From the NCBI RefSeq assembly GCF_964355755.1, contig NC_092676.1, positions 11,137,888 through 11,201,887 on the forward strand: a stretch of 64,000 nt of DNA, written 5' to 3'. Position numbers and translations under genes: made by a program. The notes under the pieces were generated by a model. The model had not been told where the DNA came from. It worked only from the letters and a program-made list of their open reading frames with translations, and did no database searches. This DNA comes from Antedon mediterranea (taxonomy: Eukaryota > Animalia > Echinodermata). Positions 37,830 through 49,600 of the stretch are shown here, piece by piece. Each line of letters starts with the position of its first letter. The first letter of the stretch is position 1.

Positions 37830-39275
37830 GGAAGAAACTAGAAATCAAGGCAAATGGGAAAGTAAAAGTAATATAAGCTAATCGGGATGTTTTAGGAAAG
37901 CTTCTTGCCACCTCAACAAAGCATGGTAGAATAATTGACTTTAAGAAAGCCTTTGAGTATCCACTTACCCCTGTCCCGCTAAGCCTTGCTAATGCAGATG
38001 GGACAAGACGAACAACTCAGAAAAGTGTCCTAATGGAAATTCTCATCGAAAGTTCAACAGATGTTATAGATCCTGGTCGGGCACTGCCAGCAAAGGCTAC
38101 TGTCATTGCCTATGTTGTTGACTTGATGTCATTAATCAGAACATTTACATCTTACCCTGATACGTACGAGGATCTTGTAGCAAAGGTTTTCAACAGCATC
38201 CCTAAAGGATACAAGCGTGTTGATATTGTTACCTATGCATACCTGCCAAAAAGCATTAAGTCTGTTGAGAGAAACATACGCGGTATTGCACCAAAAGTAA
38301 TTGTAAGCTCAACAATATTAAAGTTGGCCGTGATTTCAACAATTCCCTTGCCAACGGCGAGAACAAGACCAGATTGATTGAGCTTATTCGCTGTGTACTA
38401 GTATCAAAGAAAGAAAGCATTCCAACAGATATGAGGATTGATGTTACCTACTTTTCATCGTACAAAGAATGCATCTACGTTACTAACTGAGATGTTGTAT
38501 TGGTTCCGGGGCTTAATAGTAGCCGGAAGAAGAAGCCTACACGAAAGTCATCCTGCATGCAAAGCATGCTTTAACAAATAACAATCAAGGCGTAGCAATA
38601 ATTCGTTCCCATTCTGGAGACATTGATATTCCAGTCATTACACTATCTCATTTCATAGATGATGGGCAGAGGGTAATTATTGATACAAACACTGGGAAAT
38701 ACCGAAAGGTACTGAAATTGAGTGACATTGATTTAACAAAAGCGCAGAAATCATCCCTTATTGGATTCCATGCTTTCACAGGTAACGATTATAACTCCGC
38801 TTTCTTTCGGAAAGGAAAACGTACCTGCTGGAAGCTTCTGGAATCAAAAGCAAAATTTTTTGACGCATTCTGCAACCTTGGAGTGTCAGATGTTCCATCA
38901 AAAGAGTTGTATGAGGAATTTGAAGAGTATGTTTCACTATTGTATGGAGTGAAGGGGGAAAGTGTAAATCAAGCAAGATATGATACCTTCAACAGAAAGT
39001 TTTCCAGACACAACAAGATTACAGATATATCATTACTGCCACTATGTCAGCAGACCCTTGAGTTTCATATACTTAGAGCAAACTTTATTACTAAAGAATG
39101 GCAATCAGCAGACGTCAATGATTTTGTCAACAACAGTACACACAATGGATGGAACGAACAAATGGAGCCTAAATGGATTGAGACAGTGATTCCCACTGAT
39201 GTCCAGGAACTGTTTACACATAATGAATATGAAGACTTTTCAGATTGCAGTGATGTGAGCGATCTTGAAGATTAA
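37830..39275 (+). pseudogene. Academ XPG/PIN-like nuclease region (spacer and right arm)
   Basis: YPLTPVPLSLANADG.RRTTQKS, VVDLMSLI, RVDIV, FHAFTGNDYNSAFFRKGK; stops and frameshifts. Confidence 0.8.
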
Positions 39276-40357
39276 TACACGACATACAGTCTGAAACACT
39301 AAAGGGAAGCATGTATGTAGTAAAAGAGAATTAAATTCTTGGCCTTGTTATGGCTTATTTATCTCATATATTCGGATTGCACATGAAAAACTGGTCCAGA
39401 AAATAATATGAGAATTTCAACCTCCAATTGGCACAAAATGAATTAATTGACAAGATTAACGTGATCAGATGGGAGAAATGTCTTGCATTTTGGGTCAAAG
39501 GTCAGTAACGTTATTTCCGGTCATTGTTACAGATAATGTTCTATTAGTTTGAATATAAACATCTATATTCTGGAGAGTTTGACACCAATTACAACTTTCT
39601 GTGTCGAGTAGTTACGAAGATATGATATCTGTTAGATATTGGGTCAAAGGTCAATAGAGGTATTTCCGGCCATTTTCTGACAAAATGTTCTATTACATCA
39701 AATAGGAACATGTACATTCCGAACAATTTGACACCAAAATCAACTCTCTATGACCAGTGGTTGCCAAGATATCATAGTCTACTGTAACTGGCAGCCATTT
39801 TGAAAAAAGCGCCCTCACGCGAAAGTTCTCAAGTTACAGCCAGTTTACCCAATATATTTGGATTCCCCAGAAAAAACTGGTCTAGAAAAGTCATATGAGA
39901 ATTTCTACCTCTCCGGGTGGCACCTACCTCATTCATAGCCTAGTCTATATACATATATCTGTGTTTAGATCAATTTTAACATACACTAAGGGTATTTAAA
40001 CTGCACCTGTTTTAATGGCTGGATTTTTGTGTTTTAATGTTTTTACAAATTTGTATACAGTATCCGGTCTTAAACACCAAGTGACTGAGGCTAAATAAGG
40101 TATTTTAAATAAGTTTACGAAAAATGCAAAAAAATATTTATGGCTGTAACTTTCTGCAATTGTCAGTTTCATTGTTATTATGTGAAATGTTTTTGCCTAC
40201 CGAAAAATGTCATTTTTTGTTGACCCAGGTCAAAGGTCAAATGCTCAAAAAGTGCATTTTCAGCCCCAAAAAGTCAACCCGTATACGGGCCTCGCGTCCT
40301 GGGACAGTAAATTAATTACCTCTTATGGCATACGGGCCACGTCTTCAAAGGGTTAAG

Positions 40358-40860
40358 TGTAACTTAGATAAAACAAAAGCAGTATGGATAGGCTCTCTTA
40401 AAACATAGCAAAAAACAAACTGTTAACAATATTCAATGGCTCCAATATACAGAATATAGGTATAATTTTTTCAACCAAACTAAATTCGATTGAAAATTTG
40501 TATTTCGAAAAGCAAAAGAAAAAGTAGAATTCGCAGGAAACATTTTTATTGTTAAAAGTTTAATTTTACCAACCATTTATTCTCTGCATTACCTTCACCC
40601 CCTGATTTTAAATAAATAAAAATAATAGGCCTATATGGGTTTGTTTGAAATAACTGCCCGGACAGAATTAAAGGAAGCATTCTTTTCCGCACAATAGAAG
40701 AAGCCAGTCTAAATATGCCTCACTGCACCTTATTTAGTCAAAAGTCAAATGGATTCACGAAATTGAAGAAGTTAAATGGAAAGACCCCTTTTTGCTTCAC
40801 ATAATCATATAATAATAAATAAATAACTTGAACATTGGAGGAAATCTCGCAACGCAGCTC
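40358..40860 (+). pseudogene. Degraded L1/Tx1-type LINE fragment (RT C-terminus)
   Basis: Remnants NLDKTKAVWIGSL, GNIFIVKSLILP and FV.NNCPDRIK.SILFRTIEE..LNMP; a (TCTTA)n tract near 41505-41537 may be the tail. Confidence 0.62.
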
Positions 40861-41699
40861 AGAAACAATCAGTCAAGCTACGGCTTCGTTTTATACTAAT
40901 TCCATTGCTAACCTGAAACTTAATGATGCTTCGAGGTGGCATATCAAACTCTAGAAATGTTGTAATCTCAAGCCATCTCAAGACATTTTATTACCTCTCA
41001 GTAATCGCACTATTAACATTAAACATAGAAATGAATTTTCATTTATGGTTAATATTATTCGGGAGCCAAATTGGGACATATATTATAATTACGGAAATGT
41101 CGGTCTATGCAAATTAGTTTTCTCCGTAGAGATGTTCGCCTCCCGGTTCCTTCATTTATGCCACTGAGTTTGAGAAGGTTAGCCACATTCAACTATTATA
41201 CGTAACAATTAGTAATGATTTAAAATGTAAAGTTCACGGTGATGATATCGTAGCTAGGACTTCTACATTATTGTTTATGTACCTTATGTAAAACCGATAT
41301 TAGAATTTTAGAAAACGCAATACAAAAATACTATTACTATTACTATTAGTACTATCCAGTACAACAGGAAGTCAAGAAGATAACTTTATCTTGTATTTTT
41401 TTAGATGTTTTTATATGAATGGTTTTATGCTATATTTGTTTTTATTGTGTTTTCTTTGTAATTATGACGAGCAATGAATTTCCTTTTTGAGGATCAATAA
41501 AAGTTATCTTATCTTATCTTATCTTATCTTATCTTATTATAAGATTAATATACAATTGATACACTCGCTTCGCTCGCGTATCATCTAGGCCGTGCTCACA
41601 TATTAGTCTAGGCAAAAAATGTGAAAAAAATTAGTTAGGGGGAGTGGAATGTTAGAGGCTGTCTACATAGCCAGATATCCTAATTAAACCCTTTTGATC

Positions 41700-43612
41700 A
41701 CTCTAAGCCCTGTTGACACTTAATTTTTTGCCTCATATTGAAATGGCGGCCATTTTTCAAAATGGCCGCCATTTTTATATAAAATGTGCATAAAATCAGA
41801 TCTAAATAAGGTAGATACACAATCTTGGTGTCTAAACACATGTACTTCAGACACGGAATCCATTAGGCCTTGTTGACACTTCAGTTTTTGCCTCGTATTG
41901 AAATGGCGGCCATTTTTATATAAAATGTGCATAAAATCAGATCTAAATAAGGTAGATACACAATCTTGGTGTCTAAACACATGTACTTCAGACACAGAAT
42001 CCACTAGGCTTTGTTGACACTTCAGATTTTGCCTCGTATTGAAATGGCCGCTAATTTTATAAAAATGTGCATAAAATCGGATCTAAATAAGGTACAGTAT
42101 ATGCACGATCTTGGTGTCTAAACACATTTACTTCAGACACGGAATCCATTAGGCCCTGTTGAAACTTCCTTTTTCCCTTTATAATGAAATGGAAGCCATT
42201 TTTGAAAATGGCGACCAATTTTATATAAATGTACTTAAAATCGGATCTAAATAAGGTAGGCCTAGATACACAATCTTGGATTCAAAATGGCGACCTATTT
42301 ATATAAAATATGCTTAAAATCTAAATATGGTACATTCACGATCTTGGTGTCCAAATAGAAATCCATTAGATTTATAATAAATATGACTAGGTTAAAAGCT
42401 AATTGTATTTAGGCCTAACTGGCTGCTAACTTTTTTAATGGCTGCCTAATTTTTCTAAAAAGTACTTAAAAGCGGAACTAATTAGGCTAGATAAATGATC
42501 TTGGTGTCTAAACTCATGTTTTTTCAGGCAAGGAATCCATTAAATATATAATAAATAAATTTAGATAGTTTGATTAATTAATTTTTTAAGTTAAATTTTA
42601 TTTAGGATTAAATGCACAGTAGCTAACATTTTTCAAAATGGTTACCTAATTTATCTGTTCATGAAATCAAAAATCTGTAATTTGTATTACAAATTGGTAA
42701 ATGTTTAGTTTGTATAGAGCCATGACTAGGATTTTAAAGCCTCAGCTTTTGTTGAATTCATTTGCATGTAACTTCGCAGATGTTTCAGCTTGACTGTAGG
42801 CCCTCCTATTACATAAACTAATATTATTTACCTCCGCTAAGGAGATATATGTAGTCTATGGCGTACCCAAATTATAAACCCCAGCAGGATTTGAACTATG
42901 TACAGCTAATATCTAAAGCAAAAAAATGTATCATTCAACATGCTCCCTATCAGTGGATATATTTTGCCAAGTACTTCACTCAGTTTCTGAGTACTTTCAT
43001 TTTGTTTGTCTGTTTGTTAGCAGGATTACTCAAAAAGTTATTGCAAGATCTTTACCAACATTAGGGTTAGATAGATATGTGGTCAAGTTCCACTCCATTA
43101 CATTTTGGAGGCAATCCGGACCACGGTCCCAATTTTCGACCACTTTTTAGTATTATTTTCAGACCTGCTAGTGTTAAAAGATAGGAGAGAATTTTGAAAA
43201 GCCGGCGAGAAGTCTTAAAGAAATAAGTAAAACTGAAACTACATTTTATCGAGAACTACTTGTCCAAAAAACTTATTTAGATCCGATTTTATGCACATTT
43301 TATAAACAATTAGCGGCCATTTTGAAAAATGGCCGCCAGTTCAATACGAGGCAAAATCTGAAGTGTCAACAAAGCCTAATGGATTCTGTGTCTGAAGTAC
43401 ATGTGTTTAGACACCAAGATTGTGTATCTACCTTATTTAGATCTGATTTTATGCACATTTTATATAAAAATACGAGGCAAAAACTGAAGTGTCAACAAGG
43501 CCTAATGGATTCCGTGTCTGAAGTACATGTGTTTAGACACCAAGATTGTGTATCTACCTTATTTAGATCTGATTTTATGCACATTTTATATAAAAATGGC
43601 CGCCATTTCAAT
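41700..43612. repeat. ~141-bp tandem repeat array (41700-42545) with inverted copies (43270-43612)
   Basis: Unit ...AAATGGCGGCCATTTT...AAGGTAGATACACAATCTTGGTGTCTAAACACATGTACTTCAGACAC...; these repeats explain the mirrored spurious ORFs. Confidence 0.85.
42827..43210 (+). mobile_element. Truncated copy of the Helentron/HINE element
   Basis: Starts TTTACCTCCGCTAAGGAG; 42940-43205 is the reverse complement of ~2940-3180. Confidence 0.72.
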
Positions 43613-44260
43613 ATGATCGCAAAACAATACATTTGTATAAACGTATTATTAAATGTATCAAAATAGTATGTTTTAAAGAAAATCGGCCGGTCTTCAACAT
43701 TATGATGCTGTACTCGAGCTGTTCAACCGGTTTTCAGCTATCAAAAATAATTATCGTACATAAGGAGGAGATGGGTAAATGCGAAGCATCCTCGTATTAT
43801 TGTGTGCGGGTATTTTTCAAGATGGAAATCCATTAGACAGTGTATACCACGATCGGAAAACACCCCCTATTTGGGGCAAATCTTTGAACCTAAATTCGTT
43901 TTAATCGTCAATAACTAGTTATCTAACCTAATTTAATTATTAAACAGGGTTATATTAGGTGGTTAAAATCAGTACCGAAACTACGAATCAACTTTTATTA
44001 TACCATCGAGTAAACATTTTAGAAGTGACGCGCGATTTACCGAATTTTACCCTTACGTATCTTGCAACACGCACAACGCCGATCCTTAATTATATACAAG
44101 TTAAATTAAGTTTAAGAGTTTAAAATGGTATTATTTCAAGTACTTTTTTAGATGACCTTGAAATTCATGCACGCGCGTTAGAACGAACGGTAATTTAATA
44201 ACACGTACTTTATCTTAACGCAAACACCGAAATAACGAATGAGCTCCTCGTGGAGCATAT

Positions 44261-44870
44261 TGTGATATATATACTTTTATATTTAAGAAATTGACCTTTG
44301 TATCGGAATTTAAGTAGGTTCACAAACTTGACCCAGAAAGTCCAAAGGAGAGTTTGTCCAGATGTTTTAATGACCATTTAGTTTATAATAGAATCCCTAA
44401 TGAAAACACTTAGCTTAATTTTGTGACTTTCCCATCGTTAAACCAGGAGTGATCGACACTATTTAAGTACAGATTTGACAGTGTCATCCATCACAGAAAT
44501 ACCTTATTATACCGTTAATCACTCCCACTTAAACACCCCTGGATCAACTTAGGACCAATCGTTACCCTCACAGATGATGTAATGACATTATGCAAATGAA
44601 CTGAGCCAATATACTCCCAAGTTTCAGAAGGGCCCAGAGACACCTTACAGCCACCTCACGGAGCACACACCTTACAGCCACTTCTCCAGAAGCAGACTAA
44701 CACACTTCACACCTCACCGACAGCATCATTGATCCTCCGCGTTCCTTATCTATACTTATAGTTGTATATTGTACTGAAGTATTATACTGAATAAATAATA
44801 TATGTGTTACGACAGTCAAGCGAGTTAGAGTCTTTCATTAGTACCTCAACAACCCAAACATTATATTACA
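44261..44870 (+). repeat. 5' LTR
   Basis: By eye it differs from 52169-52782 by one 4-bp indel and two substitutions. Confidence 0.96.
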
Positions 44871-45592
44871 TGGTGGAAGACCCAAATTTCATAAGGAACG
44901 GAGTGAGAAAACAAGAAATAAACACTTAACAAGACACGAAGACGAAGACAAAGACAAAAATAACCATATTTGTTTGAAAGGAGAGAAATTTACTTTGACT
45001 CAAAAGACAAGCTGAAATTATATTTGAATGAGATCGAGACAAGCAGAAATTTTATCAAATTATTACCATTGGATGAAGACAAAGAAGATAATCGAAGAAG
45101 ACACAAAAGACAAGCTGAAATTATATTTGAATGAAATCGAGACAAGCAGAAATTTTATGAAATTATAACCATTGGATAAAGACAAAGAAGATAATCGAGG
45201 AAGACCCAAGAAGAATCAAAACAGAAGCAAGCGGACAAGAACTGTTTCGTTTAGAGACTTTCAACTTCACGCCGTTTTTTTTTCGATCGTTTTTTTTAAC
45301 ATTTACTTTTTTGAACATTGATGAACACCTTTCGCATTTTTTTAATTCGTTGTTTGAAAATTTGAACATTGATGAGCACCTTTAACATTTCTTTAATTCG
45401 TTGTTTGAACATTTAGACATTTTTGAACACTTTTTGCATTCCTTTAATTCATTTTAATTGGATCCGAAGCATTTGGGGTAAGTCGAAACCATTTTGAATT
45501 TTGATTTGTAACCTTGATTGAAAAAGTGAGAGTTTACATATATATACACTAAATTGTTTTTGATATTTGATTAATAATTAATATTATAAAGT

Positions 45593-46558
45593 ATGGTCGA
45601 CGTTGTTGATAACGAAGTAATTTTAAATGAGCCTGTCAATCCTCACCCCGTGCCCCACCTAAGACAAACCGATTTCCTTCCCAAAAGATATGACGGTTCC
45701 ATAACCGATCACGACCAATGTAGTGCACATTACTTATCGTTTACCGACTACCTTGAGGCCCACACGTTAGAAAACCCAGTAAACAATGCCCAATTAATTA
45801 ATGTAATAAGTATTTTTAAACGTAGCCTTCAGGGCCAAGCTAGACTCTGGATTGAGGGAAAGCAGTTCGATTCTCTGGAATCCTTAAAAACCCAATTCAT
45901 CAACAGGTTTAGTAAAAACAAATCAATCTATGCGCACATAAGAGAATACGATTCAATTACATACACCACTGGCGACAACGCCGAAAAGCACTTAACCAAA
46001 ATCAAACAAGCCGCAGACAGAATTGGATACGCTGACCAGCAGATAAAGAATAAATTTATTTCGACCCTTCCACCAAAATGTAGAGCAGCTGTAGCCATGT
46101 CCACCCCAATCGATGCCACTATTGAAAATATCGTAAATAGCACACAAAATTACCTTGACCTTTCCGTAGATGATGCCACACGGGAAGTTTCATTCAATAT
46201 CAATAAGGAAACAGATAGGCCTAATAGTCTCGAATCGCTCCAACATGAGATAAATTCTCTCAAGTTAGACATGGCCACAACAAAACGATCCCTTAATGAT
46301 GATACTCGACGCTCACGTTCCCCCACCCGAAATTATATCCCAAGACGAAACCGAAGCCCAAGCCCATACAAACCCCGATTCCAGACCCCACCGACCCCAA
46401 GATATAGACAACCTCCCCCAACCTGTTATTACTGCGGGAAACCAGGCCACATAGCAAGGCACTGCCGACAACAAAACCGCTCTTACGGAAACTATCCCCC
46501 GCCATACCCATACCAACAGTCAAACAATTACTACCCTAGCCACCAGCAGGATTTTTAA
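45593..46558 (+). CDS. gag: Gag (capsid + CCHC knuckle)
   Basis: PKRYDG...FKRSLQGQARLW...LKTQFINRF; CYYCGKPGHIARHC. Confidence 0.93.
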   Translation: MVDVVDNEVILNEPVNPHPVPHLRQTDFLPKRYDGSITDHDQCSAHYLSFTDYLEAHTLENPVNNAQLINVISIFKRSLQGQARLWIEGKQFDSLESLKTQFINRFSKNKSIYAHIREYDSITYTTGDNAEKHLTKIKQAADRIGYADQQIKNKFISTLPPKCRAAVAMSTPIDATIENIVNSTQNYLDLSVDDATREVSFNINKETDRPNSLESLQHEINSLKLDMATTKRSLNDDTRRSRSPTRNYIPRRNRSPSPYKPRFQTPPTPRYRQPPPTCYYCGKPGHIARHCRQQNRSYGNYPPPYPYQQSNNYYPSHQQDF

Positions 46559-46593
46559 AAAGGGGACTAGATGCCGCCTATAATCTGGCCTCC
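46549..46593 (+). promoter_or_regulatory. Putative -1 ribosomal frameshift signal
   Basis: G GAT TTT immediately before the gag stop; the -1 frame is open into pol; downstream stem GGGA-CUAGAU...AUCUGG-cc-UCCC. Confidence 0.7.
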
Positions 46594-46650
46594 CATACTA
46601 AATACGACAATTTTAAGGCAAAATACTTAGGGAATTCAGATAATATTGAT

Positions 46651-49600
46651 TTGTTACTTAACGACAGAAATTACGTTAAAGGAAATTTACCAGATGGTAG
46701 AAATGTTTTAACTTTATTTGACAGTGGTTCAACTAGAACTATAATCTCACAATCGTACGTTAATTCCTCACTTTATTTATCGCGTTTAAAGCCAGTTAAA
46801 GTGAACACAACTAAATTTAGATTAGGTAACGGTGACTTCTTATATGCCAACCACTTAGTGCAATTCGAATTATTTATCCAAGGACACAAATTTAAAATTT
46901 CAGCATTAATCGTTAAAAATTTGACAGGTATTGACCTGATACTTGGAACCGAAACATTGTCTGAACTCGACGGTACTTTAAATTTTAAGGAAAACACATT
47001 TCGCATTAGACCAAAAATTTTTAGCTTTCGTCCAGTACACAAGATTTTTCTTAAACCCGGTGATACTAAAACAGTTAAATTAAAAGGAAGGGTTCCCGCC
47101 TTTGTACGCAATTCCGATGTCGTTCTACATGCAACCACCCATATTTCAAAACTTTGTCCATCAGACATGTTAGTAAAATTACATAGAGGAGAAACCAACA
47201 TTGATATCACTAACAACACAAACAGAAACGTATCTCTAAATACACATCAACCTATCGCGAGCCTTCACTTAACCAACCTTGTAACAGTTACTAACGACCT
47301 ACCAATTGATAGAATAAAGTTGACCAATGACAACGCAAACAAGTACCCACATTTAGAACGTACAGACCCATTGCTAACTTTAACCGAGGAAGAAATAATT
47401 AGAAAACAAGTTGATTTAACAGACAGCGTTTTAACACATAGAGAAAAAGAAGATTTGTATAAAACCTTACAACAAAACAGAAACGCATTTTCACTTTATG
47501 GTGAACTATCTAGCTGCCCAAACTTCAAAGCTGACATACACCTCTCTAACGATGAACCATTTTTTATTCGCCCATACTTCGCGACAGACAAAGACAAACA
47601 TGTTATTGAGGCCGAATTGAACAAATTAGTCAAATTAGGAATCTTAGCAGTAGGACACCAATCGTATACTTCCCCTGTCCTTCTTGTTTCAAAGAAAAAT
47701 TCAAAAGATAAAAGAGTTGTCACAGACTTTCGCTATCTAAATTCCAGGATAAAACGTATTAATCACCCATTCCCATTATTAGCCGAAACTCTGAAAACAA
47801 TAGGTAACGCTAATGCACAGATTCTTAGCGTAATTGATTTGAAATCAGCGTTCCACTGTGTACCATTAGCCGAACATGCCCAACAATTTACAGGTATAGC
47901 TTCATATCATGGTGGAAAGCATTATTATTATAAGAGATTAGCACAAGGATTAAACGTTTCACCAGGTATATTTCAAGCAAAGATTGACGAAATTTTAAAT
48001 GAAATCCCAAATTCTAGAGAATTCTGTATCGCCCATCATGATGATATTATTTTATTTAGCCAAGACAAATTTGCTCATAAGCAGCACCTTGTTTCCGTTT
48101 TACAAGCCCTACAATTAAATGGTTTTAGAATTTGTCCAAAGAAATGTAAGTTATTCAAGAATAAAGTGCAATATATGGGACACACCATCCTGATTAATTC
48201 TTCAGGACACGCATGTATCACACCATTAGGCGACAGGTGTGCAGCTATCCGAAATTTGCCAGTCCCACGAACCCATAAAGAAACTAAACGATTTATTGGT
48301 GCAGTAAATTATGTATCCCATTTTTTCCCTCAAATACAATCAATTTTACGTCCGTTACACACACTCGCAAGCAAACGCCGAAAATTTTGTTGGTCTACTG
48401 AACACCAGAAAGCATTTGACGAAATTAAACAATTAATGGTTAAACCACCTACTCTTCAAATGCCTAGAAAAGAAGGTAGATTTACGCTATATAGCGACAC
48501 TTCAAGAACCGCAACAGGTTCATATTTAACACAAACAGTAAACGGTAAAGAACACATAATAGGTTATTATTCCAAAATCTTACCACAAGCCTGTCAACGA
48601 TATAGCGTCACAGAATTAGAGTTATTTGGACTTTACATTAACGTTTCAGCATTTCGACATTTACTAAAGGGTTGCGAATTTGATGCATTCGTAGACCACT
48701 CAGCAATTGTACAAATTTGGAATTCAAAAGATCAGCCATGTACACCCCGTTTACAGAAGCTAATATTACGATTGTCCGGATACATTTTCCAAATTGGTTA
48801 TAAGAAAGGAACTGAATTAGTTCTAGCAGATTTTCTCTCCCGTGCCCCTCGTGACGACGATTCCGAAATTGATCAAGTTGTACCCATTGCATTTAATATT
48901 ACAGAAACTGAATCTCTTAACCCGATTACAAACACATCTACTAGCAGACCAGTAACAAGGTCATACGCCAAGAAAATGGGAATAAATATACCTGACCTAC
49001 ATAAACCCAAACCAGTACAAACGCCCGTCATTAATCAAAATCCAGTGACAACAAACACGCGACCTACACCTCAACCTACCACTACACCACAGATAATCAC
49101 GAGACAACAAACAAACGCACATCGATCACCGCCTATCATAACGCCACCTATCGTAACACCACCCCCAATACGTAATGTAAACATTCGACAACCTCCAGAG
49201 AAACGACTAATAGACAAAAATAAGAAAAGCAAAGATACTACACATCGAAATGTACCAGTTGAATTGTATACATCGCCCAAACCACTAGTACCAAACATAA
49301 CTGAATTTAAGTCAGCACACATCCCAAAACAACAAGACTTGGATAGATTAATGGATGTTATTCAAAGAAAGATAATTAGAGATTATAACCTCCCAGTAGA
49401 TGTTAAACAATTACGTGTTGAACAAGAAACTTCACCATTTTTTAAGCCAGTTTACGATTATTTAGTTCATGATATCCTTCCAGCTGATAAGAAAGCAGCT
49501 CGTGCAGTTCAGAATAAGTCAGAGCAGTACATATTGTGCAACGGTTTACTATTCCGTTTATTTTTCCAAGATAAAGGTGGAGAATTTGTATTGCAATTAG

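Larger units (their letters stand above)
36101..39947. mobile_element. Fold-back Academ-derived element (3.85 kb)
   Basis: TAG...CTA termini (TAGACTAGGCTATGAATGAGG), 3-bp TSD TAT, inverted arms 36101-37805 and 38060-39947 that include XPG/PIN-like coding sequence. Confidence 0.88.
41553..44060 (-). mobile_element. Helitron family A copy with a different interior
   Basis: Degenerate 3' hairpin (ACACTCGCTTCGCTCGCGTATCATCTAGG) matches 55153-55184; 43630-44060 matches 57262-57681. Confidence 0.68.

Noticed and set aside
39960-40356. piggyBac-like end (...TCTTCAAAGGG|TTAA)
   Set aside because: Only one plausible terminus; no partner TIR found.
41720-43666. Repeat-protein ORFs (MDSVSEVHVFRHQDC...)
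   Set aside because: Chance reading frames through the 141-bp tandem repeat.
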